Assembly: GCA_963799845.1 (NCBI GenBank)
Contig: CAWCYI010000004.1
Location: forward strand, 1,440,001 to 1,504,000
DNA from: an uncultured Nitrososphaerota archaeon
GTDB lineage: Archaea; Thermoproteota; Nitrososphaeria; Nitrososphaerales; CADDZS01
DNA length: 64,000 bases
Reading direction: 5' to 3'
Shown here: positions 28,641-38,965 of the stretch, piece after piece
Numbering within the stretch: the stretch's first letter is position 1
How the letters are laid out: each line of letters starts with the position of its first letter
Position numbers and translations under genes: made by a program
The notes under the pieces: generated by a model
What the model was told of the DNA's origin: nothing
What the model saw: only the letters and a program-made list of their open reading frames with translations
Databases searched by the model: none

Positions 28641-31466
28641 ATGAAGCCAAAGCGCTCGATCGATGCGAACCTAGAGCCCCCACCCTCCAAGGACAGGATC
28701 AGCAGGGACATACACCTCCTGGGCGACATGTTCGGCGAGACTATCATCGAGCAGGAGGGCGCCGAGATCTTTGAACTCGAGGAAAAGCTCCGCAACCTCA
28801 CGAAGAGGACGCGGGCATCAGCTTCAAAAAAATCAAGGTCGAGGTTTCAGGAAAAAACAATCGACCTCGTCGCGAAGCTAAATTACAAAGAGTGTCTTGC
28901 GATCATTCATTCTTTCTCGACCTACTTTCAGCTCGTCAACCTGGTCGAAGATCACCACCGCGTCAGGGTCTTACGCGAGAGGGAGGAGAAGTTCGACGAG
29001 ATAAACCGAAAGGAGAAACCAAAGAATCCGCTCCGAGTTGCAGAGTCTGCTTACGATCTCGTATTCACCCTGAAAGAGAGGGGCCTCTCGCTTGATGAAG
29101 CGCTCGGATTTTTCGCAAATCTGCAGATAGAACTTGTATTCACGGCGCACCCGAATGAGGCGAGGCGGCGCACCATTCTTGAGAAGACATTCAGGATTTC
29201 AAGACTCCTGCTGAATATAGAAACAACAGCCGGGATGACCCCACTCGAGCGAAAGCAGCTTCTGCTCCAGATGCGAGCCCACATCGCGTCGTTGTGGCAG
29301 ACCGACGAAGTACGAAATAGGGACTTAACGGTCATGGATGAAGTAAAGATCGGGCTGTACTACATGAAGGAGATCGTATTCCCGATGATCCCGGTCGTCT
29401 ATTCAAGGTTCGAGGACGCACTGGAGCAGGCTTATAGAAAATCTGTCCACTTACACCCATTCGTGTTTTACGGCACCTGGCGCGGATCAGACCGCGATGG
29501 AAACCCGAACGTCACTCCCGAGCTGACTGTCGAGGCCGCGACATTAATGCGCAAGTCAATAATCGGGCTATACGACGAAAAACTATTTGACTTGACGGAC
29601 AAGCTCTCACAATCGCTCCAGGTTACGAGTTTTGACCAAGCGCTGCTGGAATCGATTGAGATGGAGAGGAAACTACGACCCGATGTCTGGCGCGAGATCG
29701 AGGGGTCAAACCGGTACGAGCCGTACCGCGCGAAACTCACATTCATGCATAACCGGCTCATTGAGACACTGAAGGAAAGCGAACTTCCAAAGTACGATGA
29801 CTCGTTACAATTTCTCGCTGACCTCCAGATGATCTACGCGAGCCTTGCTGAAAACAGGAGTGAGGTTGTCGCGAAAGCGTTCGTTTTGCCGCTCATCAGG
29901 CAGGTTGAGACCTTCGGATTCGAGTTTGCCTTCATGGACATCAGGCAGCACAGCGCCAAACACGAGAAGATCGTTTCGACCGTATTAGAGCACAATGGTA
30001 TCAATGATTATCGGAAATTGTCAGAAGTCGAGAAATCAATACTGCTAACCGATCTTATCGAACAGGATCGAGAGATTCGAATTCCGGAAACTTGGAGTGA
30101 CCCAGAGGTGGCGGAACATTTTGAAGTCTTTCGTATGATAAAACGGGTTCACGAAAAATACTCGCAAAGAGCGATCAGGACATACATCGTGAGCATGTCC
30201 AGCGCGGAGAGCGACATACTAGAAATCTTATTCCTTATGAAACTCACGGACTTGATCAATTTTGCGGAATCCAGGTCGGAGCTGGGCATCGTACCGCTCT
30301 TCGAGACGATCGAAGACCTGCGCAACTCCGCCTCGATAATGGAAAGCCTCATCCAGAACGGGGCGTACCTGAAGCAACTGTCGCTCCGTCAAAATGCGCA
30401 GGAGATCATGCTCGGATACTCTGACAGCACGAAGGACGGTGGCTACATTACTTCGCGATGGGAACTCCACAAAGCGGAGGAGAGTCTTTCCAGATTATTC
30501 CAGAACAGCGGCATCGAGATGAAGTTCTTCCACGGCCGCGGCGGCTCGGTTAGTCGGGGCGGCGAGCCTATGATAGATGCGATAAGGAGCGAGCCGGCTG
30601 ATGTCTATTCGGGGAAAATCAAAATCACGGAGCAGGGGGAAGTCATTCCGTCAAACTACTCCACGGTCGGACTGGCAGTACGACACGTTGAGCAGATCTC
30701 GTTTGGGATGGCGCTCGCGATGCTGGACAAGAGAGCCAAGGATTCGTGGCTTGACCCGAAGTGGTCTGAATTCATGGAGGAAATGTCCCGGGATAACTTT
30801 GAGCGGTTCCAAAAGCTGGTCTATGAAACGAAGGAATTCCGCGACTATTTTGAGAAGGCAACCCCGATCCGGGAGCTGACTCTGCTGAAAATTGGGTCGA
30901 GGCCTGTTTCAAGAACGGGAACGATTACGATCGAGGATGTTAGAGCAATACCATGGGTGTTCGGATGGACTCAGAATCGCCACCTCTTCCCCGGCTGGTA
31001 TCCCGCCGGGTTTGTACTGGACTCGTTCATCAAAAAGAGAAAAGGAGGACTCGTCTCACTCCGCGAAATGTACCAACGGTGGTTTTTCTTCAGGACTGTA
31101 ATCGACAACCTCCAGATGATCATGATCAAGGCAGACATGATGATTTCAGAACTTTATTCCAGGCTTGAAGACGATCCAGCTATTAGAGATGAGATATTTG
31201 GAGAAATAAGATCGCAGTACCAGCTCGCTCTGGAAAGGATTCTTGATGTTACGAGACAAAAACATCTTCTGGAGAAAAACGTTCTCCTGAGGTACTCGAT
31301 CGAAGTGCGAAATCCCTACATCGATCCGATGAACTACATTCAGGTGAGGCTGCTAAAAGAAAAGCGAAGCGATGAAAAGATATCAGCGGAATCCGAAGAG
31401 ACCCTTCTCACAGGAGTCAAGCTGAGCATCATAGGGATCGCATCGGGAATGAAGAATACCGGTTAA
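28641..31466 (+). CDS. ppc: Phosphoenolpyruvate carboxylase, bacterial/plant type
   Basis: TAHPNE, DRDGNP, MLGYSDSTKDGG, FHGRGGSVSRGG, TEQGE, RAIPWVFGWTQ, C-terminal KNTG; 941 aa. Confidence 0.95.
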   Translation: MKPKRSIDANLEPPPSKDRISRDIHLLGDMFGETIIEQEGAEIFELEEKLRNLTKRTRASASKKSRSRFQEKTIDLVAKLNYKECLAIIHSFSTYFQLVNLVEDHHRVRVLREREEKFDEINRKEKPKNPLRVAESAYDLVFTLKERGLSLDEALGFFANLQIELVFTAHPNEARRRTILEKTFRISRLLLNIETTAGMTPLERKQLLLQMRAHIASLWQTDEVRNRDLTVMDEVKIGLYYMKEIVFPMIPVVYSRFEDALEQAYRKSVHLHPFVFYGTWRGSDRDGNPNVTPELTVEAATLMRKSIIGLYDEKLFDLTDKLSQSLQVTSFDQALLESIEMERKLRPDVWREIEGSNRYEPYRAKLTFMHNRLIETLKESELPKYDDSLQFLADLQMIYASLAENRSEVVAKAFVLPLIRQVETFGFEFAFMDIRQHSAKHEKIVSTVLEHNGINDYRKLSEVEKSILLTDLIEQDREIRIPETWSDPEVAEHFEVFRMIKRVHEKYSQRAIRTYIVSMSSAESDILEILFLMKLTDLINFAESRSELGIVPLFETIEDLRNSASIMESLIQNGAYLKQLSLRQNAQEIMLGYSDSTKDGGYITSRWELHKAEESLSRLFQNSGIEMKFFHGRGGSVSRGGEPMIDAIRSEPADVYSGKIKITEQGEVIPSNYSTVGLAVRHVEQISFGMALAMLDKRAKDSWLDPKWSEFMEEMSRDNFERFQKLVYETKEFRDYFEKATPIRELTLLKIGSRPVSRTGTITIEDVRAIPWVFGWTQNRHLFPGWYPAGFVLDSFIKKRKGGLVSLREMYQRWFFFRTVIDNLQMIMIKADMMISELYSRLEDDPAIRDEIFGEIRSQYQLALERILDVTRQKHLLEKNVLLRYSIEVRNPYIDPMNYIQVRLLKEKRSDEKISAESEETLLTGVKLSIIGIASGMKNTG

Positions 31467-31647
31467 TAGAATTCTAATGCTATAGTATAGAAGTCGAATG
31501 GTTTTCGACATTCTACAGTAATCATACAATAATAGTGACCGATGCAGGTCTATATCAGCTGATTCTGTACCTGCAGACCTGAAAAGAAGGACAGCCGCGA
31601 ATATCCGGATGAATCCGTAAATGCCGTTCTAACATCCCGAAGCTCGT

Positions 31648-31938
31648 TTGTCCGGAGCTGTCAAACTCCAGTTTAACAGGGATCGATTCCTGACCTTCAT
31701 ACTATATGGCATAGTCTGCGAGATCGTTGCGATCATCCTCGGCTACATTTACCTCCCAGTCATATCTCTACTGGCTCTCGGGGTGTGCTTCACGAGGTAC
31801 CGCGGTCTCATGGTCAGGGATTCCTCAAAGAACCTCCTGGCAGCTTTCGTGATGGGTGTGGTGCTCGCGGCAATAGTCGTCTACTTCGCACTTTCTCTAG
31901 GACTGGTTCACAGAACACCACTAGCAATTGACTTCTGA
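31648..31938 (+). CDS. Hypothetical membrane protein
   Basis: Hydrophobic 96 aa ORF. Confidence 0.5.
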   Translation: MSGAVKLQFNRDRFLTFILYGIVCEIVAIILGYIYLPVISLLALGVCFTRYRGLMVRDSSKNLLAAFVMGVVLAAIVVYFALSLGLVHRTPLAIDF

Positions 31939-32007
31939 TCAATTCCTTTCTGATTCTCGTTCTCACATCTGAGAATCGTCCGTGAATTAATAGCGATCTT
32001 TTCACAC

Positions 32008-32532
32008 ATGAGGGAAGAGAAGAAAATGGAGAATAATCAAACAGAGGAAGACGACAAAGGAGACGCTCCGACCATGTCGGTATTTCCACCTCAGCGAATC
32101 CTTGCTCCGATCGATGGTTCTGACAATGCTTTGCGAGCTCTCAAAGCAGCTGTAGTAATTTCCAAAACCTATGGAGCTAAACTTTTCATCATAACAGTGA
32201 CTAAAAGGGATAAACTGGACCAGACTTTAGACCTCCCTGGTTCAACGAGTACCGTCCAAAATTACAACGATGAAATGGACAGGCGATCGGAACGTCTCCT
32301 GGACGACTCTTTTGATCTGGCAACAAAGGAAGGATTGACAGATGTTGAAACTGAAGCGATTCCTGAATTCGAATCTGTCACAAAACAGATCCTGGAAAGT
32401 TCGCAGAGCAAGAAAGTAGACTTGATCGTTTTGGGAACAAGGGGTCTCGGTGGTTTTAAGAAGCTGCTACAGGGGAGCGTTTCAAGTGCCGTTGTGACGC
32501 ACGCAGACTGCAATGTTCTGGTGGTCCGATAG
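32008..32532 (+). CDS. Universal stress protein
   Basis: ILAPIDGS, DLIVLGTRGLGG..GSVS..VV..A.CNVLVVR. Confidence 0.93.
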   Translation: MREEKKMENNQTEEDDKGDAPTMSVFPPQRILAPIDGSDNALRALKAAVVISKTYGAKLFIITVTKRDKLDQTLDLPGSTSTVQNYNDEMDRRSERLLDDSFDLATKEGLTDVETEAIPEFESVTKQILESSQSKKVDLIVLGTRGLGGFKKLLQGSVSSAVVTHADCNVLVVR

Positions 32533-33103
32533 GACTCTCCGACCTCGCTGTCAAGATCAGCCAGTCGGGAGCTATGCCGGCATTAATCAATCCAGTCGTC
32601 CTGCTCCCCAGGGAATATGTGAAATGAAGTAAGACGTATCATGCTGAGAATTTCGAGAAGCCGCCAAAGTTCCTGGAATAATCGTCGAGAAGGGCCATGC
32701 CGAGGCGTCGTCTATTGTCAATGGAACGACGTTGATCGTAACCATGCTCGGCTTCGATCCAAAATAACACTACTTTCGTGAATCACTATCCGCCTGGTCG
32801 ATCCTGCTGCAGATGCACACCCTGCATGTACAGTGCACTCTGATGCATTCGGAAATACTTGTATGACCGCAACTCTTGCAGTGTACATTGCTCAACTTAG
32901 GTTACTTTGCCTCTATTTTGTCAGCGAGAGTTACGCTTGCAAAGTGTGTGAACTTTTCGAAATGCGTAAAAGACACTTACAACTTTCCCGAGGATAAGAG
33001 GTTTGGCTCTGATTGTCCACGACTCCTAAATTTTTGATAATTCCCTATATCTCGTTATCAAAAGTGAGAAAACGCCACGGCCTTAAGTAGATCTTTCTGA
33101 CAC

Positions 33104-33901
33104 TTGTCAGGCATGCCAAAGAAGAATGAGGATTCGAACAATTCAACTTTTTCCGTTCGAAACACTCGCATCATTGCACGGGAGAAAATTATTCTCTCTG
33201 CCCCCGTAATAATATGTGGTTTCGTGGGGCCAGGACTTGCGGGACTGACCTCGGTCGGGTATGTTATCGAGCATCTTGGTCTGCACCAGATCGCGCATCT
33301 AACATCGCATCACATCCCTCCCGCGGTTGTTTTCATAGGAGGAAAGATCAGACATCCATTTAGAATTTACAAGGACGGCGCGGGCAAGGTAGTTGTCGTA
33401 GTTTGTGAAGTCCCAATTGACCGAAGTGGACTGTATGAAATTTCTGCAGCTTTACTCGACTGGTTTCAAAAATTCAATCCAGCTGGGATCGTGATTTTGG
33501 ATGGAATTCCGATCAACGGCATTCCAGAGAACAGACCTACGTTTTTCATCGCGGGTGAGAAGAGACAGAACGACCTAAAATCGCAGGGTTTTCTGCCCGC
33601 CGAGTCTACCCTGGTATCTGGAACCGCCGGTAGCATTCTGAGCGAGTGCCTAGACCGCAATACTGAATGTATATCTTTACTTGTTCCAGTCTCTGTTGCC
33701 ATCGGGGATCCTGGAGCCGCTCTAACTCTGATAAGGGCGCTGAACTCTATGTACGGTCTTAACATAACTACAAAAGAACTCGAAGAAGACGTTGCAATGG
33801 TACACGAGGAACTAACTGAGATCGCAAAACAATACCAGAAGTTGCAAGAACAACTGCCTGCTCCAACCGAAGGAGAAAAGTCCAAGACAATGTACGGCTA
33901 A
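33104..33901 (+). CDS. Proteasome assembly chaperone family (PAC2) protein
   Basis: GFVGPGLAG, HPFRIY, GDPGAA, C-terminal MYG (HbYX-like). Confidence 0.88.
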   Translation: MSGMPKKNEDSNNSTFSVRNTRIIAREKIILSAPVIICGFVGPGLAGLTSVGYVIEHLGLHQIAHLTSHHIPPAVVFIGGKIRHPFRIYKDGAGKVVVVVCEVPIDRSGLYEISAALLDWFQKFNPAGIVILDGIPINGIPENRPTFFIAGEKRQNDLKSQGFLPAESTLVSGTAGSILSECLDRNTECISLLVPVSVAIGDPGAALTLIRALNSMYGLNITTKELEEDVAMVHEELTEIAKQYQKLQEQLPAPTEGEKSKTMYG

Positions 33902-33930
33902 TGATTTGCAACGTTACTATGGCTGCCCGA

Positions 33931-34992
33931 TCAAGATTTTTCCGAAGAGAGGAGCTCATTTCGCTGCTTCAACAGAAAGGAAGGGAGCTCCGCATAAACG
34001 TCGTCGAAGATCAACTTTTCCGACGGGAGCGGCGGAATCTCCTCCTGAGCCTTTGCAGCCTTAGATACGATCTCGCTTGCCTCCTGCAATAGATTCTGAT
34101 CTTTTTTATCGTCCAAGATTTTCTTACCAACTAGATACTTTCGCAGAATCACGATCGGATCTCTCTGGGCCCACGCTTCCACTTCCTTCGGATCTCTGTA
34201 CTTTGTCGGATCGTCCGCGGTTGAATGCGCCCCGACGCGATAGGTCAGTGCTTCGATGAAAGTGGGTCCTCCACCGTTTCTTGCTTTTTCAAGAGCTGCT
34301 CTGGTAGCTTCGTAGACCGCGAGTGTATCATTCCCATCCACTCGAATCCCCTCAAAGCCGTAAGCTCTAGCCTTGATCGCGAGTGTCTCGGAAGCGGACT
34401 GCCTTGATACAGGGAGGGAGATCGCCCATCCGTTGTTCCGGCATATGAAAACGATGGGTGCTCTAAACACTCCGGCAAAGTTCATTGCTGCGTGAAAATC
34501 CGAGGCCGATGTCCCGCCGTCACCCATGTACGCGAGGACTGCGAGCTGCTTTTTCTTGATATTCGCTCCCATCGCCACTCCGACTGCGACCGGTAGATAG
34601 GCGCCGATCGGTGCGGCTGTGGGGACAATGTTCAGATCTCTGCTCCCCCAGCTGTTGGACATCTGTCTTCCCTTGAGGAGATCGCTGGAATTTCCAAAGA
34701 GCTGTGCGAACATTAGCTCGATTGAAAGACCCCTGGCGATGTGCGCGCCAACTTCCCTGTAGGAGGTAAACATCCAATCGTCCTTTTTCAAAGCATACGC
34801 GCTCGGAACGATCGCGGCTTCCTCGCCAGTGCAGCTGATGTAGGCACCGAGTCTCCCCTGTCTCTGGAGACTCAGGACTTTGTTGTCGAACGCCCTCGTC
34901 AAGATCATCGTGCGGTAGATCTGGAGGAGATCATCGCTGCCAATCTTGTTGGAGGCTTTGCTATAGAGAGATTTAGGCGTTTTAGCGGGCAA
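33931..34992 (-). CDS. pdhA: 2-oxoacid (pyruvate/branched-chain) dehydrogenase E1 alpha subunit
   Basis: LQRQGR, GDGGTS..NN TPP motif, YRVGAHSTADDP. Confidence 0.9.
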   Translation of the reverse strand: MPAKTPKSLYSKASNKIGSDDLLQIYRTMILTRAFDNKVLSLQRQGRLGAYISCTGEEAAIVPSAYALKKDDWMFTSYREVGAHIARGLSIELMFAQLFGNSSDLLKGRQMSNSWGSRDLNIVPTAAPIGAYLPVAVGVAMGANIKKKQLAVLAYMGDGGTSASDFHAAMNFAGVFRAPIVFICRNNGWAISLPVSRQSASETLAIKARAYGFEGIRVDGNDTLAVYEATRAALEKARNGGGPTFIEALTYRVGAHSTADDPTKYRDPKEVEAWAQRDPIVILRKYLVGKKILDDKKDQNLLQEASEIVSKAAKAQEEIPPLPSEKLIFDDVYAELPSFLLKQRNELLSSEKS

Positions 34993-35002
34993 CTTTACGA
35001 AT

Positions 35003-35295
35003 TCAGGAGAATTTTCTCGACGATCGAGTAATTAACTTGAGTGCTTTTCTCTCAACCTCGACTTCGTTCCTTCTATCGATGGATAGATCGATCGCTGCTT
35101 GTTGGGCTCTTTTTCCTCCCTCACCAAAAGATTCCTTCATCGGCCGGATCGGCTCCAAGATTATTCGCCCTTCTTCTCTCTTAGCAGAACTGCTTGATCT
35201 ATTTTGAGCTTTTTTCTAATGCTAACTGGTATTACAAGCCACCCTTTAGAGGGTACACGAACAAGTTGCTGGTGATTGGACGATTGATTGCTCAA
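35003..35295 (-). pseudogene. Frameshifted AbrB/MazE-type antitoxin, orphan
   Basis: Manual translation LVRVPSKGWLVIPVSIRKKLKIDQAVLL / EEGRIILEPIRPMKESFG..; frame change near 35175. Confidence 0.6.
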
Positions 35296-35318
35296 ATGGG
35301 AAAACCGATGACAATTGT

Positions 35319-35909
35319 TTATTGCAAAAATTCCGAAATTGTAAACATGGACGCAAACTTGTAGCCTGCGTCAGCAAGCCTCTTCCTTGCACCTTCTTCT
35401 CTATCCACGAGGCTGATCACCTCGATGATGTTACAATCCAGCTCGCGAACTCTTTCTATCGATTCGAAGACGGAATTTCCTTTCGTAGTCACGTCCTCGA
35501 CGATTACAACACTCGAGCTCGGTTTCAGGTTCCCTTCAATCCACTTTTCCGTGCCATGTGTCTTCTTTTCCTGTCTGACCCAGAAAGCTTGGATGGGTTT
35601 ATTCCGGATGAAGCTTAGCTGAGCTACTGCGGTGCCGATGGGAATCGCGCCGGTCTGGATTCCGCCGATGGCGTCGATATCGAATTTGGAGACCCTGTCA
35701 AATATCAGCTCGGCAATCAAAGCGATGCCTTCGGGATCCTGCGTCACAAGTTTGCAATCAAAGAAAACATAACTTGATCCGCCCGAGGCGAGCTTGAACG
35801 GCTTTTCGGAAGGACTCCTTTTGAGGAATGCTTTGTTTTCGAAAATTATCTTTAGTCTCTTCCGCCGCTCGTCCGATCTGGAAAAGGAATTTGCAACTTG
35901 GGTATCCAA
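35319..35909 (-). CDS. pyrE: Orotate phosphoribosyltransferase
   Basis: FKLASGG, KKTHGT, VIVEDVTTKGNS. Confidence 0.9.
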   Translation of the reverse strand: MDTQVANSFSRSDERRKRLKIIFENKAFLKRSPSEKPFKLASGGSSYVFFDCKLVTQDPEGIALIAELIFDRVSKFDIDAIGGIQTGAIPIGTAVAQLSFIRNKPIQAFWVRQEKKTHGTEKWIEGNLKPSSSVVIVEDVTTKGNSVFESIERVRELDCNIIEVISLVDREEGARKRLADAGYKFASMFTISEFLQ

Positions 35910-36011
35910 CGCTTCTAATCACACATCTTTGGAGAGCTCATAGATCAGGGAGATAAATTCAGCATCTTTAACGTACACTCCTCGATGACTATCAGTTCAA
36001 AAATATGCTGA

Positions 36012-36360
36012 CTATTTTTTCTTCTTGTGCAATTTGCTTGACCATTCGAGAGAACGGGAAATCCACAGCTTGACGAGGGCCGGCTTTTCCGACCACTCTT
36101 TCGGAACGCAAACGTGTCCCTTCATCGGTCGTCCCTTCATCGGCTCGAACATCGAGGCCCCCTTCACTTTCAAGAGATCAGCGCGACCCTCATCAGAAAG
36201 ACGGACGAAGAGAGCGTCGCCGTAAGACCCCCGAAAACATGTTTCCGTTAACAAATGCAGAAAGATTGCCAAACATTGGCCGCACAGTGACCGAAGGATC
36301 ATCTGGCAGGATTGATTTGAAGAATACTTCCAGTTTCTTGTCGGCTCCGGGAATCTCCAT
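36012..36360 (-). CDS. TfoX/Sxy N-terminal domain protein (indel near 36222)
   Basis: RPMFG..AFVNGNMFSG / YGDALFVRL..FEPMKGRPMK..W across two ORFs. Confidence 0.8.
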
Positions 36361-36660
36361 TGTATCTACGACCGAGAAGATGGTAAAAAAAGGATTTCCG
36401 ATTTCATACTCCAATATCCCGCTTCGAGAGGGTAAGGATGCTTTTTGAGTATGATATTACAGAAATCGATATACCACTATTATGAAATTGAATGTTAGTT
36501 CAAGATGCTTTTTTCTTGCAAGATGGAAACTTCGATGTCAGTTCGACCAGACAGGACCCAATTTGTCCAAAACTGGAAACAAACAGGACAGCTTCTCTTT
36601 TCTGTAATTTAACTGAACGATTATAAACACCTAGAATGAAATAACCGAGCCTACGGGGTT

Positions 36661-37425
36661 ATGGCGAGAAATTTGAACAAGTCTTTGAACGTATTTCTGG
36701 CCGTTGGACTGTTGTTTTTGTTTACTGCGACCGCGTTCTCGTTGACTTCCGTAGCAAAATCCCAAGCAAATACACTCTATACGGGATACCAAGTGGTGGG
36801 ACCATATACGACTCTGAGGGTCAAAGGGTCTTGGATAGTTCCTACAGCCGATTGCGCTGCGACCCCAAATTCGGTTTCCAATATCTCAGTAATAATTGAT
36901 GGCATAAATGGCGAAGGCGATGCCATGGAAATTGGAACATATCAAAACTGTGTTAACGGTGTTGCGCAGTATGGAGCCTTTGTAAATATTTATCCCATGA
37001 CTTCGTTCTATGGAAAGGGAGGTCTCTCTAAGGTAGTAATTCATCCCGGAGATGTAGTTGAAGCACAAGGGACATGGAGACCTTCAACAGATAAGCCGGT
37101 AAACTGGAACACTAATTTCATAGATGAAACCACAAAAGTACATGTAGATACAAACGCGCGCACGAGCTCAACATTCAAGCCGGTTCTCGATTCAGGTGCG
37201 CTAATTCTCAGCTCGGATGGTCATACTTTGACAGCTTTGAGCACTATAAGTTCCGGTGTCCAGTACACGAAAATTGGACAGTCTGATGTAACAGGACCAT
37301 GGCTGGGAAGTTCGACCTTCGGCGAAACGGCTAGCATGTCTGGTTATACTCTAGTCACTTGGCAAATTCCTGGAACAACTTTGGGCGCTTTAACACATAG
37401 CGGGTCAAGTTTTCAAATAACCTGA
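36661..37425 (+). CDS. Secreted G1 (eqolisin) peptidase-like protein, catalytic residues apparently altered
   Basis: Signal peptide; GY..VKGSWIVP..C..IDG..EIGT..C.NG..Y.A..YP..HPGD pattern. Confidence 0.65.
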   Translation: MARNLNKSLNVFLAVGLLFLFTATAFSLTSVAKSQANTLYTGYQVVGPYTTLRVKGSWIVPTADCAATPNSVSNISVIIDGINGEGDAMEIGTYQNCVNGVAQYGAFVNIYPMTSFYGKGGLSKVVIHPGDVVEAQGTWRPSTDKPVNWNTNFIDETTKVHVDTNARTSSTFKPVLDSGALILSSDGHTLTALSTISSGVQYTKIGQSDVTGPWLGSSTFGETASMSGYTLVTWQIPGTTLGALTHSGSSFQIT

Positions 37426-37573
37426 ACCAACAAAGAACAACAGCCATTTTTGGTTTGGCGCTGATTGAAGCTAGCGCAGCAAACTTGTCAGATTTCGACT
37501 TTCGCTCCGGTAAACGGAACCCGAGTCATGCTCAAAGACTTGGTAGAGAGAATTAACACGGAGACTTGAACCA

Positions 37574-37980
37574 TTGACATTTTCCTACACCGGAATCATC
37601 GTGAGGGATCTCGACAGATCAGATCGATCAAGTTCTATCGGGACATCATGGGCATGAAACTCAAGACACGCATAGTGAATCCGTACACCAAAGGCGAATT
37701 CGCCGTGATGGTAAACGAAAACGGTACAGGCCCGAATCTTGAGTTGAACTGGTACAGTGAAAAGAAAGATTATGTCAGCGGAGACGAATTGGACCATCTG
37801 GGTTTTCTCGTGCCGGATGCACGTTCGGAGTTAGAGCGATTGCGCAAGCTTGGAATTCAGATCGCCGCCGAGCCTTACGAGAGTGAAAACGCAGTAGTTT
37901 TCTTCGTCAGAGATCCGGATGGGATTTGGATCGAAATCTACTCAAAGAAAAATCAGCCTAGTGTCGTTACCGTGAGGTAA
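37574..37980 (+). CDS. VOC/glyoxalase I family protein (5-bp AGATC duplication at 37616-37625 breaks the frame)
   Basis: MTFSYTGIIVRDLDRS / IKFYRDIMGM..LELNWY..LDHLGF..DPDGIWIE. Confidence 0.82.
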
Positions 37981-38888
37981 AGGGTAGAGTTGGAAAACCA
38001 TCGCATCACGACGCCCGAATCAAACGGAGCTGAAATGAACGGGCTTGGCTGAGCATCGCTCGCAATTGACTGCGATGATGGCCAGTTGAAGACGACGGTC
38101 TGCGTCGCGTTCTCGGGCACGTATGTTACGTTGAACGCATAATCGAAACCGGGGTAGCTCGTGCCGTTCGTCCCTACGTAGTCTGTTCCGTTGAAAATTA
38201 GTTTGAATGAAAACCCGCCGACAACGAACTGATCCGGAATCTGGGACCTTGAAAAGGTTGTCAACCCGGTTTCCTGAGGGCAGTTGAATTGCAACACGCT
38301 TCCGGGGTATGATACAACTATGGAGTTTGCATATGAATAGTTCCCGTTAGGTAACACAGGAATGTACACGACAATTTGAGCGAGCGGTTTTCTATAGACT
38401 TCGTTCAGGTTGCAGGGGAAAATAGGGTCGCTCAAGTTGAGGTGATTGAATATCAAAGCTTCGAAGACCGAACCGTTAGCGAGTGTCAGCGGCGAACTGA
38501 GACTGTTCACAGGATCTATCGTGAACTGCGATCCGTTCTCTTTGGTGAAAAAACTGGCATCCTGAGAGACATTAGAGATCGCGTCATAGAGAGCTAAGTG
38601 AACCGGCTGCGGGCAGGCTCCTGCCGGATAAAATGAATTTGTCCCATTGCCAAACGAAACGAGCGTGCCGGCTACTGTCTCATTCGCAACAAAGTTGACC
38701 GACGCAGAGTCCGGAATGAGCTGGGTGCAGGCAAGTGAATTTCCAGCCCCATTTCCAACGGCCACGTAAAGGTAGGATCCGAAAACTGCAGCAAGTAAAA
38801 TCGGGAACAGTAAAAAGACCGCCTTGTAGGACTTTTTTTGAGGAAGCTCGGAAATCACAGACCACTGACCATTAGATTGAAACTCCAT
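37953..38888 (-). CDS. Membrane-anchored extracellular protein
   Basis: One N-terminal TM, many N-x-S/T sequons, four Cys. Confidence 0.65.
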   Translation of the reverse strand: MEFQSNGQWSVISELPQKKSYKAVFLLFPILLAAVFGSYLYVAVGNGAGNSLACTQLIPDSASVNFVANETVAGTLVSFGNGTNSFYPAGACPQPVHLALYDAISNVSQDASFFTKENGSQFTIDPVNSLSSPLTLANGSVFEALIFNHLNLSDPIFPCNLNEVYRKPLAQIVVYIPVLPNGNYSYANSIVVSYPGSVLQFNCPQETGLTTFSRSQIPDQFVVGGFSFKLIFNGTDYVGTNGTSYPGFDYAFNVTYVPENATQTVVFNWPSSQSIASDAQPSPFISAPFDSGVVMRWFSNSTLYLTVTTLG

Positions 38889-38965
38889 TATTTCACACTA
38901 TCCGAGCGCAGCTTCCCACATACCTTCGAAAACACTTTTTTTCAACGGGAGCAACTTTATGCCAA

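Noticed and set aside
32580-32770. Possible gene relic after the USP gene; similar fragment at 50528-50716
   Set aside because: Too short and interrupted to assign.
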